59,124 bases of DNA from an uncultured virus (IMG/VR IMGVR_UViG_3300031182_000003) (IMGVR_UViG_3300031182_000003), one strand, 5' to 3'; shown: positions 34,083 through 44,538, numbered from the stretch's first letter. Translations and numbers: made by a program. The notes: generated from the letters alone by a model not told the origin.

Positions 34083-35848
34083 CAGATCAACTCCTCTGCG
34101 GTCAGAGCATGAAGCTCGTAACCGTAAACGATTGGCGTGTAATACTCGGCATCTTTGATGTCTTCGGGCCGCTTCAGGATGATCTTGAGTTGTACCTGAT
34201 GAATCTCGGTCAGCGATTCGATGTAGCCGATCTCATCAATCCGTCCGCTTTTTTGCATCCCGGAATTGAACAGGTACTTCGTTTTCGCCTGCGCTTTGTA
34301 CACGTTGCGCGGGTAAATACGATGCCAGTTTTGGCCGTCATCCACGGAAATATAATACTCCAGCCAATCCTGATCTTGCGGGAATTGCGCCGGAATATCT
34401 ACATCAACATCAAGCTCGATAGCCTTGATGGGCGTTGATGAATAGAACGGCTCCGATACGTATTCACTCTCTGGCTCAAACATGTAGCTGGCGAGCGACA
34501 CATCCCTTAGCCCGATCACATACCGATAAGCGGATACCTGCTCCAATCCGGCCTGTACATTGCTTGGCGTCGCAGGAATATCGAACAGGTTGCGCTTCTT
34601 CTCGTCCTCATCTTTTATTTTATCACCATACGCCGCGACCGGATACAAGATTTGTTGTTTCCCGGTATCGTAGGTGACGCCGAGGTTTTTCACCGACGGC
34701 ACCGGCCCGTGAATGCGAATACCGTCCGGTTCGATGCGTTGGTTGAGCGCGGTCACATCGCTCTTGTTGACCTGCTTGAAGTAGAAGTGACCAACGGTCG
34801 TCTCGTAAGCGACCGGTTGACGCAGATAAATGGTGATCGTCCGGCACTTTTGGCGCGGAAACAGATAGCCTTTGGCTCCGTCAAACGATTCGCCAAAGCC
34901 CATACTGCTGACATTGCCTTTGTCGTCCGTCACCATGATTTTCTCAATCACAGCGGGCGATGAGCCCTTGTCGGACGGAATGAACGGCGACAGTGACAGC
35001 CAGTTGATAGTCTTCGGTTTCGGCAGGTCAATCTGGAACACGCATCGCAACCCGTCATGCTCCGACGTGATCCATTCGATAGCCTCCTTGTATTCAAAAT
35101 CCATCCCTTGCGTAATCCGCCGCGTGCTGTCGGTAAGTTCAAACAACTCATACTCGAACCATGTGTCCGAATTGCCATCGAGGATGTCCGCAAGATTGAT
35201 GTGTAAGGATTCTTGGCCCTCGAACTTCAGGGTGCCGCCGACCGAACGAACAATGTGCGTGTTTCCCGGGAATCCGTTGCCTTCGATGATCGTGATCGTC
35301 GCGTATTCGTTGAATCGCTCGCTGTCTACCAGCGCCAGCGTCAAGAGACCCTCATCGGCAGACAGGTTGGCCGCCGTAAGCTCCGTTGCATTCTTTCGGT
35401 AATGCTCATAGTCCACGAAGTTATCCCGGAAAACCACCGTATAATCCGCTTCGCGAATGTTCAGGTCGATGCTTTTCACAAGGCTTTCGACCCTCGCCAG
35501 CCGATCAAGGAACGATTGCCGCTCCAGTTCTACCTGCTCAAAGTTCTTTTTCAGATCTTCGGTCATGTAAATGACTTCTTGATATAGCGTCAGGAAGTCG
35601 TCACGCAACTGGCGAACCATCGTGTTGTGGTCGTCGGAATACGGCGGCCCCCACGCCTTGATCGGCTTGAATGTGTTCTTGCCGATGGAGTTGTAGAAAG
35701 CCTCCAGTTCCCGATAAACCCGATGGTGTAATTCGGCTGGCGACTTGATGACGCCACTGTTGTATTCCGTCGCCAGTTTGCGCAGAATGGACGCCATCCG
35801 CTCTTTGACGACCTCGATACGGGTTTTGATCTGCAACGGATTCGCCAT
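34082..35848 (-). CDS. Putative virion structural protein (588 aa, paralog family)
   Basis: ILDGNSDTWF discoidin-like motif; C-terminal TPIVYGYEL. Confidence 0.75.
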   Translation of the reverse strand: MANPLQIKTRIEVVKERMASILRKLATEYNSGVIKSPAELHHRVYRELEAFYNSIGKNTFKPIKAWGPPYSDDHNTMVRQLRDDFLTLYQEVIYMTEDLKKNFEQVELERQSFLDRLARVESLVKSIDLNIREADYTVVFRDNFVDYEHYRKNATELTAANLSADEGLLTLALVDSERFNEYATITIIEGNGFPGNTHIVRSVGGTLKFEGQESLHINLADILDGNSDTWFEYELFELTDSTRRITQGMDFEYKEAIEWITSEHDGLRCVFQIDLPKPKTINWLSLSPFIPSDKGSSPAVIEKIMVTDDKGNVSSMGFGESFDGAKGYLFPRQKCRTITIYLRQPVAYETTVGHFYFKQVNKSDVTALNQRIEPDGIRIHGPVPSVKNLGVTYDTGKQQILYPVAAYGDKIKDEDEKKRNLFDIPATPSNVQAGLEQVSAYRYVIGLRDVSLASYMFEPESEYVSEPFYSSTPIKAIELDVDVDIPAQFPQDQDWLEYYISVDDGQNWHRIYPRNVYKAQAKTKYLFNSGMQKSGRIDEIGYIESLTEIHQVQLKIILKRPEDIKDAEYYTPIVYGYELHALTAEELI

Positions 35849-35859
35849 ATTGCTCCCCC

Positions 35860-38100
35860 CTACAGCAAAGATTGGAACACGACTTTATACTCGTGCAAGA
35901 AAGGCGTCAGCCCGTCCATTTCATGCAGATTGCGCCGCATGATCGTCTTCATCCGAATCGGCCCTGTCAGGTATGGATATTCGACCACAACCCGGGTGCC
36001 CTCCGGCAACGATGTGTTGAACTTGATCTTGTTGTTGACCACGCGGTATTGATAGTTTTCACCCGTGAACGGCTCCAGCAGGCTGACGTTCGGATTGAAG
36101 TAATCCGTTTTGTTGACAAGGATGGCTACGTCGTCATATTTGTCAGCGGGCTGAGTGATGTGCTGGCCGTCCGGCAGAATGAGCCACACCTTGATAGGCA
36201 TGTACTCGTTGGACAGATACGTCGGATTCCAATCGAGCGGCTGGCGATTCAGACGCTCCTTGTCCACAAACGGATAGTACGTAAGCTCCACCTCGTTGCC
36301 CTTCTGGAGCCCGGTGAACTGGTCAATCTGCGTTTTCGTGTGGATAACGCCATTGATGTCCGTGTATCGCTGAAGAAAGTCAACGGCATAAGCATTTGCC
36401 TCCGGCTTGTAGTCCAACGTATAAACCGACGACAGATCGTAGTTGTGCAGGATAATCGTTCGGCCTGTCGTTTCGTAGTCAATAGACGGAAGCAACCGGT
36501 TGCCGTTGCGACGCACAGCGATGATTTTGTCCACATCGAATCGGGTGTAAGCCTTGTACTTACCATCCTCAAATTTGAAGAACAGCCGCTCCGACGTAAT
36601 CTCCTTGATGTTCTTTGGCATGATCGGAATCCAGTCGTCCGGCCCGGGGGTCTCGCTGTCAGTGATGTAGTATTCGATGTTTGTCACCGGCAGGCCGATT
36701 TCCATTAGTGTCGGATGCTCCTCCTCTGCCTCCAGTGTCACCACATGAATGTTGTTGTGCGTCATCGGTTTCGTGACGTATATTCCCATGTGCTGATATT
36801 CGTTGCGGTTGACGGCGAGGTTGTACAGGCCGTATTGATACTCGTATTTGGAGACCTGTATTTTCTCCGGCTCCCGACTCGTGGTGAACTTCTGCACCTC
36901 GTCGATGATGTTTCGCTTCTTCAGGAACTCGTTGAGGTAAAACCAGTTTGGGTTTTGCTCGAACTGATCTTTGTAGACCGCCTTGAAGATCTTGTTGTCG
37001 TCGATCTCCACATGGCCTTGTGCCTTCAGCCATGCATCCGTCAGCGTCTTTTCCTCCAACTCTATGACAATGTCACGTTTGACATAGTGCTTCTGGTTGA
37101 GGATGATCTTCAGCCGTTTGCAGGTGATGTCTTGGAATTGGTAAGAAATGATGTCGGTAGACTCCTGATTCTTCAGTTTAGCGACCGGACTCACGATCTC
37201 GAACGGCGGTTCACTTTCGTTATCCGAGGAGTATCCCCAAATAGCAACGACCTCAATCGGATATTCCGTAAATGGCGTCAGCGTGATTTCGTTCAGCCGC
37301 GTGATGTAATCGAAGACGATCTCAAGTTCGCAAACGGCCCCGAAATTAACACCGTAGTATTCCAGCCCGAGATCAACTTCCAGCGGCGCGTCCGTCAGAA
37401 TGCATTCGTTCCAGAACGTCTCCATTGACGTGTCGATGGCTTTGTCTACGGTATGCTCCGGGTTTCGCGTGCGAATAAATCCGCCGCCAAGCTGTTTCGT
37501 GATCCGAATGTTGGCGATCTTGAGACCCGAGAAATTAACCAGTGTATTTTCGCTGTAGGCGACCGGAAGCTTGAGCGCATTTTTGTACACGTCGAGCTTC
37601 AATTGATAGCCGGGCGCAACCGGTGTGCCGTCACGATCCGTGTAGAACTTCTGATCCTTCTCCAGACTGTTGTAATCGAGGAAAGTTTCGTACACGACGG
37701 CGTGCGCCGCGAGATCGGTCAACACTTGATTGTAGGCGACCAGTTTTTCGTCGGCCTTGCGGATTTTCAGCTTGATGTCGTTCAGAATCGACTCATTCAG
37801 CTTTTGGTGCTGTTCGATACGCTGACTGACATGGTTCAGTTGGCTGAAAACCGTATAGATGTCGATCTCGGCCTCTTGCATCTCCTCATTGATTTTATTG
37901 GCGTCAGTGAGCCCCTCTTGTTTTCTTGGCTGGAGGATCGGGGTGCCATTTTGCATCTGCTCCAAATAGAAGTTCATCTCTTGCTGGATGAACTCCTCGG
38001 TGATGTCATCCCGGTCGCTGTACCGGTCTTTCAACAGGTTATATAGCACGTTACGGCGAGTCTCGTCGAGGCTCGCCGTAGATTGTTGCAAAGTCTTCAC
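35860..38100 (-). CDS. Putative virion structural protein (746 aa, paralog family)
   Basis: KAIDTSMETFW motif; C-terminal TPFLHEYKV. Confidence 0.75.
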   Translation of the reverse strand: MKTLQQSTASLDETRRNVLYNLLKDRYSDRDDITEEFIQQEMNFYLEQMQNGTPILQPRKQEGLTDANKINEEMQEAEIDIYTVFSQLNHVSQRIEQHQKLNESILNDIKLKIRKADEKLVAYNQVLTDLAAHAVVYETFLDYNSLEKDQKFYTDRDGTPVAPGYQLKLDVYKNALKLPVAYSENTLVNFSGLKIANIRITKQLGGGFIRTRNPEHTVDKAIDTSMETFWNECILTDAPLEVDLGLEYYGVNFGAVCELEIVFDYITRLNEITLTPFTEYPIEVVAIWGYSSDNESEPPFEIVSPVAKLKNQESTDIISYQFQDITCKRLKIILNQKHYVKRDIVIELEEKTLTDAWLKAQGHVEIDDNKIFKAVYKDQFEQNPNWFYLNEFLKKRNIIDEVQKFTTSREPEKIQVSKYEYQYGLYNLAVNRNEYQHMGIYVTKPMTHNNIHVVTLEAEEEHPTLMEIGLPVTNIEYYITDSETPGPDDWIPIMPKNIKEITSERLFFKFEDGKYKAYTRFDVDKIIAVRRNGNRLLPSIDYETTGRTIILHNYDLSSVYTLDYKPEANAYAVDFLQRYTDINGVIHTKTQIDQFTGLQKGNEVELTYYPFVDKERLNRQPLDWNPTYLSNEYMPIKVWLILPDGQHITQPADKYDDVAILVNKTDYFNPNVSLLEPFTGENYQYRVVNNKIKFNTSLPEGTRVVVEYPYLTGPIRMKTIMRRNLHEMDGLTPFLHEYKVVFQSLL

Positions 38101-38111
38101 GCCTATTCACC

Positions 38112-38510
38112 TCACGGAGTTGGTATGCCCAACTGTTGCTCGATGGCACGCAAACGCTGATGGAACCCATTCTGTTGATCCGTCAGCACTTGGATACGGG
38201 TCAGCGCGTCGATGATTTGCGTTTCGGCTTGATCCATGCGAGTTTCGAGGGCGGAAAAGATAGGATTCACGTTGAGATCCATATCTTTTACCAATATACC
38301 ATATCTTTCAGCAAACAGTCTCAGGTTCTCTTTAAGCTCGAAGAACTGAGGGTTGCTGATGAGATTGGCTACCGCAATCGGAACCACGTCGGCGCGAATC
38401 GCTTCAATTTCAGTACGGAGGTCGTTGATGAGGTTTCCAAGGCGTCTGACTTCAGCCTCATCCACGACACCGACCAGCATGGGATACGATGTTCTCTGAA
38501 CTTCGCTCAT
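38112..38510 (-). CDS. Coiled-coil protein
   Basis: GAGGGAGG RBS; heptad repeats. Confidence 0.72.
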   Translation of the reverse strand: MSEVQRTSYPMLVGVVDEAEVRRLGNLINDLRTEIEAIRADVVPIAVANLISNPQFFELKENLRLFAERYGILVKDMDLNVNPIFSALETRMDQAETQIIDALTRIQVLTDQQNGFHQRLRAIEQQLGIPTP

Positions 38511-38513
38511 AGA

Positions 38514-38681
38514 TTACGCCTCCCTCATCCCGAGCTTTTCGAGGACAAGAGCCATTTGCGACTCCAGTCGCTCGCGTTTGGCCCGCTCCTTTTTCAGTTC
38601 CTCCACCGCGACGTGTGGAAGATCCTGATCCTCCAGCCGGATGCTGACCCGATTTCGTGCCTGATCGAATGTGAGTTGCAT
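38514..38681 (-). CDS. 55-aa hypothetical protein (absent from the ORF track)
   Basis: AGGAGGGG RBS; MQLTFDQARNRVSIRL...; exactly fills the gap. Confidence 0.7.
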   Translation of the reverse strand: MQLTFDQARNRVSIRLEDQDLPHVAVEELKKERAKRERLESQMALVLEKLGMREA

Positions 38682-38692
38682 GGAAACCCCTC

Positions 38693-39172
38693 CTATACCA
38701 CGCTGATTTCCAGCGTCTCGGCGTATTTGGTATCGCCGACGGCTGAAATGCGGATTGTACCGAGGGCATTGGAGTCGATCTCCAGCCTGATATATCCGTC
38801 GCCGTCCGGGACTTGCGAAAGCGTGATGCTCTCTTTGTTGCCGCCGATTTCTTGTTGGACGATAATCTCCATCGGCTCATTCGTTTTCAGCGTGTACGTT
38901 GCGTAGTCCACGCCGTCGTTTTCGATGGAGGTCTTGTCCACACTGGCTTTGACCTTTTTCATCAACTTGACTTCCTTGTTTCGTTCGTCGTAGTAGCTGA
39001 ATGGAGTCTTCGCCAGCGCAAGTCGCTCCTCGTCGAAGTCGATCAATTTGTATGTACGGGAATCCGTGTCCGGGTACACGGATTCCACCCAATCAAAATT
39101 GCCGTCTTCCGACTCCACGGTCTTAATGGCAACGACTCGTTTGCCTTGCAGGGCGAGCAGGATTTTCTTCAT
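38693..39172 (-). CDS. Protein with C-terminal Ig-like domain, possible fibre accessory
   Basis: ASVDKTSIENDGVDYATYTL (Big-1-like); directly downstream of the fibre gene. Confidence 0.7.
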   Translation of the reverse strand: MKKILLALQGKRVVAIKTVESEDGNFDWVESVYPDTDSRTYKLIDFDEERLALAKTPFSYYDERNKEVKLMKKVKASVDKTSIENDGVDYATYTLKTNEPMEIIVQQEIGGNKESITLSQVPDGDGYIRLEIDSNALGTIRISAVGDTKYAETLEISVV

Positions 39173-39184
39173 CTACAGCCCTCC

Positions 39185-42100
39185 TCAGATTTGGTAGTCG
39201 GAGTGTTGTCCGATGTCGATGGATACCCACGCACGATCAATCCGCATGTAGCCGTATCCGCCACCTTCATGATTTCTCATTCCGACGTGTACACCAGTCA
39301 GATACCAATCGGGGATATGGTCAATGCGGCATCGCAGAAGCACTTCTTCGCCTACCATACCCGCACGCACCGTACGTACTGTCCATCTATCCAAGATATT
39401 TTCAGAATCGCCAGTATAGAGAACAGCCTCGAATTGGCTCCCGGGATTATCGACACCACATTCAACCAATATATTGAACCATTTCATTGATGGCTCTTTG
39501 ACGGCCCAACAATAGAAGCATGTTGACAGGCTTTGAGCCCGAATCCATGAACCGTATCGTTCGCCAGTGCCAAAGAACTCAATGGTTGTTACCACACCGC
39601 GCTGTGCTTTCGGCGGTTCCGGCGGCGTGTAGTTGATATTTCCGGTCTGGCCGTTCCACGAAAGTACACCGGTGTTGCGTACCGTTGCGGTGCCTTCAGC
39701 GTTGGTGTTGATGTCAATCCCTTCACCTTCAACCAGCGCCACGATGCCGTTGTTGTGGATGGTCACATCATTGCCGGATTGCGTAACGATGATGCCGCGC
39801 CCTTGCATAACCCGGTGGACGCCCGTGTTCGTGATGGTGACTTCGCCGGTGCTTCCGCTGAGGAAAATTCCCGGGCCGGAGAAGATTTTGCGAACCCCGG
39901 TGTTCGAGATCGTCGATTCACCTTGGCTGTTGGTGACGACCGAAATTCCTTCGCCTTGGATGTTCTTGATGATACCGGTGTTTTTGATCTTCCAGACCTG
40001 ATTGCCCATGTCTTGGACATCAATGCCGCCGCCAATCCCATCGTCAATCAGTTCGACGACGCCGGTGTTGTGTACGACATAGTCACCGTTACCGTGATGC
40101 ACGACGCGGGTGCCGCGTCCTTCGGCGACTTTGTTTAGCGAGCCGACGCCTGTAACCTCTCCAGTCTGGCCGTTGTACGACGTGACCCCGGTATTCTTGA
40201 CGAGGTATTTACCGTCGCCCATGCTGTCCACCGCAATACCGGTGCCGGACGTAATCGACGGCCAGCGCCCGGTCAGCGTATATCCGGTCGCCGCAGATCC
40301 GGTCACAACCACGCAACCATCGGCGGATGCTTGCAGGCTGAGTGCGTTTTTGATCCGGTATCCATCGGACGGATTCCCGGTGATCTCGATACCACCCGCC
40401 TCGATCAGCTTCATGATGTTTTCGATGGTGATACCATATGCCGGATCGCCAATGACACGCAGACCGCCGTTGGTTTGGATGTCCAGCGCATTTTTCAGGT
40501 GGTATCCTTTACGAGCATCGCCTTCGACAATGATGCCATCAGCCGTCAGGTTCATCCGGTTGGTGATCCTGTAGCCGCGTACCGGGTCGCCGGACACTTC
40601 AATGCCGCCTTCGGGATCGTCTTCGATGAGCATCGAGTTCTTGATGATGTACCCTTCTTCGGCATTACCCGTCACCTCAATGCCGCCGAGGCTGGTCAGG
40701 CTCATATTGTTCAGGATCTTATAAGTAACATCGTCGATAACCTGAACGTCGATGCCTTTACCCTCGACAAAGACCGGGCCTTTCAGCACGTCGATGCCTT
40801 CGATATGCTCCAGCACAAGCCCCCGGGTTGCTTCGAGGCGTTGCGTGTTGGTGATTTGATATCCGGTTTCCGGCGAGCCGCCGACATGAATGCCGCGCCC
40901 GGCGGTAATTTCCGGGCCGAGGCTGGAGATGCGTACGACATCGTTCAGCCGCTCCAGCTTGATATTAACCCCGGCGCGAAGCCGGATATCGTTCAGGCCG
41001 TCCGCGTCGATCCGGTGCTTTGTTTCACCGTCGTCGATCTCGATCCCCTTAAAGACCTTCAAGTCGGTCAGGTCGCTGATGCTGTGTTTGTGGTCATACA
41101 GGTCTTCCACATGGAATCGGCTCATCAGGCCGTCCTGCGTCCGGGACGCAATCGGGATATTCGCCAACGACACGATGGTTTCCTTGGCAAACTGTGGACT
41201 TCCTTCTTGCCATACGACCAGTACCTTGAGTCCTTCCGGCACCTTCTCCCGCAAGCGAATCGTCCATTCATCCACTTCGTAGAAGTTCGCGTAAGATTGG
41301 CGAATACCTTCGATGTAGACTTGAACGGTGCCCCGGCCCAACTGGAATTTGCCTTCGGACGGATCAATAGAGAACGTGTCTTGGTCGGCTTCGGAGATGA
41401 ACAGATGCTCCTTGAACTCGGTCGGCGAGTTCTTGATAACCATCTGCTGGCGCTCCTCGCCGTTTTCAATGACAGTCTCGATATCGAAGGTGATGCCAAG
41501 ATCGCCGCGAATACGGAGCGTATCCATCTTGAAGATGGCGTTAATCACGTTCTGGAACGGATTTTCTTCCGTTGCCGGGAGATCGACCAGTTTCACGTAG
41601 CTGAATGCATTCTGGTTGACCTCTGCGCCCCACTCGATGGAATCCAGTTTCTCCCGGTCGGCGGTGGTGAGCCCCCGGCCTCCGCCGCCGTCCAGAATGT
41701 TGCCGTCCTTATCCCGGATGTACCCGTCAACCTTCAGATCGCCACCGACGACAAACGGTTCGTCTTTAGACTTGGAAATCACGCCGTCGCCGATCTGAAT
41801 AGCCCCCATGCGATCCGGGTCGCCGAATACACCGGCAGGTTCACTGGTCGTGGTCGCATGGATCTTCTTCAACGTAATGTCCATGTTCTCGCTGAAATGA
41901 CGCTCATCCAGCGTGCCCGCCTGAATCTGGTCGCCCGTAAATCGGCCAGCCATCGGTGCCACGGAAGACAGGACGGAGACTTTGCTGACCAAGTCAGAAT
42001 TGACAACAAGGCCGCCCTCTTGCGTTTGGTTCGCCAGAAGGAACTGGATTGTATTCCAGCCGGTCTGCAAGTCCAGTTGCAGAACCTTCTGCGTCTTGCC

Positions 42101-42703
42101 GAAGTTGCCGCCATCTTCCTGATACGTCGCCTTTTCGACGCCGTTCAGGTACACCACGCAACGGTCGGCATAGAAGATACCGAACGTCACCCGGGTCGGC
42201 GTCGGCGTGTAGGCGATAATCGTATAGCGGCGCATCGTATTCGGCAACACATGGAAGCCGTAGGGCTCATTGATGTCAGCGTTCAGGAAATGCTTGTAGC
42301 CGACCTTGATGTCCGTCAGATTGGCTTCATCGAACATCTCGTTTGTCGGCGTATCGAATACGCGATTGATCTCCTCGACCTTCCACGGAATCATGTAGGC
42401 ATCCATCTGCGTCTTGCTGTACGCATCGACGATGACGGCGTCCTCAAGCTGTTTGATCCGCCTCTCATTCGCCTCGATCTTCATCGTGTTGGCGTTGATG
42501 GCGTTTTGCAGATCAGACAAACTGAACCGCTCACCTTCCAGTACGTCAACCCGGTTCTCCAAACTGGTGATCTTCAGGAACAGTTGATTGTCCGCATCTT
42601 GGCGGTTCAACATTTCCGTATGCAGTTGCTTGATCAGCGCGATTTCGGCGTCACTGTACGACTTTGTGTACGTGCCGTCTGCGTTTTGCGTAATTTGCGA
42701 CAT
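39185..42703 (-). CDS. Long tail fibre / receptor-binding protein with repeat shaft
   Basis: N-terminal coiled coil, KLDSIEWGAEVNQ motif, about 17 Gly-rich repeats, two VxSxNGQTG motifs, distinct C-terminal head. Confidence 0.8.
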   Translation of the reverse strand: MSQITQNADGTYTKSYSDAEIALIKQLHTEMLNRQDADNQLFLKITSLENRVDVLEGERFSLSDLQNAINANTMKIEANERRIKQLEDAVIVDAYSKTQMDAYMIPWKVEEINRVFDTPTNEMFDEANLTDIKVGYKHFLNADINEPYGFHVLPNTMRRYTIIAYTPTPTRVTFGIFYADRCVVYLNGVEKATYQEDGGNFGKTQKVLQLDLQTGWNTIQFLLANQTQEGGLVVNSDLVSKVSVLSSVAPMAGRFTGDQIQAGTLDERHFSENMDITLKKIHATTTSEPAGVFGDPDRMGAIQIGDGVISKSKDEPFVVGGDLKVDGYIRDKDGNILDGGGGRGLTTADREKLDSIEWGAEVNQNAFSYVKLVDLPATEENPFQNVINAIFKMDTLRIRGDLGITFDIETVIENGEERQQMVIKNSPTEFKEHLFISEADQDTFSIDPSEGKFQLGRGTVQVYIEGIRQSYANFYEVDEWTIRLREKVPEGLKVLVVWQEGSPQFAKETIVSLANIPIASRTQDGLMSRFHVEDLYDHKHSISDLTDLKVFKGIEIDDGETKHRIDADGLNDIRLRAGVNIKLERLNDVVRISSLGPEITAGRGIHVGGSPETGYQITNTQRLEATRGLVLEHIEGIDVLKGPVFVEGKGIDVQVIDDVTYKILNNMSLTSLGGIEVTGNAEEGYIIKNSMLIEDDPEGGIEVSGDPVRGYRITNRMNLTADGIIVEGDARKGYHLKNALDIQTNGGLRVIGDPAYGITIENIMKLIEAGGIEITGNPSDGYRIKNALSLQASADGCVVVTGSAATGYTLTGRWPSITSGTGIAVDSMGDGKYLVKNTGVTSYNGQTGEVTGVGSLNKVAEGRGTRVVHHGNGDYVVHNTGVVELIDDGIGGGIDVQDMGNQVWKIKNTGIIKNIQGEGISVVTNSQGESTISNTGVRKIFSGPGIFLSGSTGEVTITNTGVHRVMQGRGIIVTQSGNDVTIHNNGIVALVEGEGIDINTNAEGTATVRNTGVLSWNGQTGNINYTPPEPPKAQRGVVTTIEFFGTGERYGSWIRAQSLSTCFYCWAVKEPSMKWFNILVECGVDNPGSQFEAVLYTGDSENILDRWTVRTVRAGMVGEEVLLRCRIDHIPDWYLTGVHVGMRNHEGGGYGYMRIDRAWVSIDIGQHSDYQI
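39640..40990 (-). repeat. About 17 degenerate 22-26-aa repeats (xxxGxGIxV...YxIxN)
   Basis: e.g. EITAGRGIHVGGSPETGYQITN, KLIEAGGIEITGNPSDGYRIKN, KIFSGPGIFLSGSTGEVTITNTGV. Confidence 0.85.
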
Positions 42704-42715
42704 CCTTCACACCTC

Positions 42716-44488
42716 CTATGCTATCGCATTGACCGCACCGGACGGCACGCTTTCGTTGCCGTTGGTGTCTACCGCCGTTACGTAATAGTAGTACACGGAG
42801 CCCGTTGCGATGCCGCCGGAGTCCGTATAGGTGGTTGTCGATGCGTCGAGCGTGGCGATCTTCAGGAACGACCCCGTCAAGCCGGACGGCGAACGATAGA
42901 CATTGTACTTTGCCAAGTCGGGCTCGGTGTTTGCCGCCCACGACAGCATGATGGATCCGCCGCCGCCAACCGCATTCAGACCCGTCGGAGCATCGGGAGC
43001 AATGGTGTCGATTAACGTCGGCACGCCGAATACCACCGCCGAATCCAGCGACTCGTATCCGGTATTGTCCACCGCCGTTACCTTGAAGTAGTATGTATTG
43101 CCATCGACCAGCCCCGTCACCGTATAGGTCAGGTCGCTGATGTATCCCGTGTTGTTGTGCCGCGTCCATGTCATACCGCCGTTGACAGAAATGTAGACGT
43201 TGTAACCCACCACGTCGAACTCTTTGTTCTTGAGCCACGACACAACCAATGTACCGCCTGCACCGGTATCCAAAACGTTGACGCCTTCCGGCGGAGCAGG
43301 AGCCGTGATTTTGGCGATCTCGTCGAGAATCATCTGGTCGGTTGCGTCGAACATTTCCTTCTCGGTGCCGAGGAACTTGATCTCGGTCTGGCCTTGCGCG
43401 TTTGTGTACGGCCCGTAGACGAGCGTTTCCCATGAAGCGACGCCGCGCATGATCGTGATGGTGTGATCCAGACGACCATCATTGCTAAAGTCATAGAACA
43501 GGTATGTCTCATCGTCCGGCGTCTTGACATACACAAGCCGGTCGCCAATCTTCGGATCAAAGTACAACCCGGTGGTGCCGGGTCGTCCGAGCCAAACTTG
43601 ATGCGACAGGTGTTCGGCTGACAGCGTGCCGATAACATCCGTATCCAAGTTGACCGGACTTACGCCGTCCTGACCGTGTTGGTGATCTTTCGGGTGGTGG
43701 TCGTCTTCGCCGATATCCAAGAGGTGTTTGTGGCTGACAAGCCCGGAACCGTCCGTGCCATCGTGGCTGTGTTCTTGCGGGTGGTGATCGTCCGGGCCGA
43801 TTTCGAGCAACTGCGAGTGCTTGATGCTGAGCGGCTGATCGTTCGGATCTTGGTTATTCGGATCTCCGATGATGATTCGGGTGCCGTCCGGCATTTTGAT
43901 TACTTCAAGCTCCGGGTCGCGAAAAAGCACCGCCCACGAGTTGAGACGGGGTGTTTTGTCAAACACCGTTCGTGTAAATCGGGCTCTCAATTTCAGCTTT
44001 TGGCCGTCCGTCGGAATCTCGAACGGCTCGCTGTTGCCGAGCGGAGGCTCGAAGAAGTCCACGCCGTTGTTGCTGACGGAGATGATGATATCGGTGCCTT
44101 CCGGCACATCGTAATCGGCGATCACCATAACCTTCTTCATCAGGCTGGAGTTCGGATTGACATACGTCTCAGAATAGAGATAGCCATCCGCATCGGTGCT
44201 TCCGTCCGGGAAAACAATTGCCTGTTCTGCTTCGGAAAAGACGAGGCCGCTCGTTTTCGCCAAGTCAATCTTGGTTGTATTCTCGAACAAATCGACCCAC
44301 AAACCGTTCAGGGTGCGATGATGCTCTAGCACAAACAGCGCTCTGTCAAGAAAGTCTCGGTCTTGTCCCTTGAATAATTCCTTTTGGGATGCCTCCGAGA
44401 CTCGCTGAAGGGCGTTTACGTCGTCGGCAGAAATAATCTGGTTCGCGTTATCCTGCCGACGATCAAAACGTACATAGCGTTCGTTCAT
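42716..44488 (-). CDS. Virion protein with His-rich repeats and two FN3 domains
   Basis: DDHHP.EH.H repeats; two W...YNVY...YYF/YxVTAVDxxGxES domains; GAGGGGTG RBS. Confidence 0.8.
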   Translation of the reverse strand: MNERYVRFDRRQDNANQIISADDVNALQRVSEASQKELFKGQDRDFLDRALFVLEHHRTLNGLWVDLFENTTKIDLAKTSGLVFSEAEQAIVFPDGSTDADGYLYSETYVNPNSSLMKKVMVIADYDVPEGTDIIISVSNNGVDFFEPPLGNSEPFEIPTDGQKLKLRARFTRTVFDKTPRLNSWAVLFRDPELEVIKMPDGTRIIIGDPNNQDPNDQPLSIKHSQLLEIGPDDHHPQEHSHDGTDGSGLVSHKHLLDIGEDDHHPKDHQHGQDGVSPVNLDTDVIGTLSAEHLSHQVWLGRPGTTGLYFDPKIGDRLVYVKTPDDETYLFYDFSNDGRLDHTITIMRGVASWETLVYGPYTNAQGQTEIKFLGTEKEMFDATDQMILDEIAKITAPAPPEGVNVLDTGAGGTLVVSWLKNKEFDVVGYNVYISVNGGMTWTRHNNTGYISDLTYTVTGLVDGNTYYFKVTAVDNTGYESLDSAVVFGVPTLIDTIAPDAPTGLNAVGGGGSIMLSWAANTEPDLAKYNVYRSPSGLTGSFLKIATLDASTTTYTDSGGIATGSVYYYYVTAVDTNGNESVPSGAVNAIA

Positions 44489-44538
44489 CAGGGCGTCACC
44501 CCTCATGCAAAATCAACCGCTGTTGCAGTTCTAAACTT

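Noticed and set aside
39185..39620. Fibre tip as a diversity-generating retroelement target
   Set aside because: No reverse transcriptase and no adenine-variant template repeat noticed in the window; cannot exclude one elsewhere
40331..43015. 894-aa plus-strand ORF, and similar long antisense ORFs (53084-55021, 45761-47074, 23686-24687, 4716-5564)
   Set aside because: Antisense shadows of real genes caused by codon bias; no RBS or recognisable motifs
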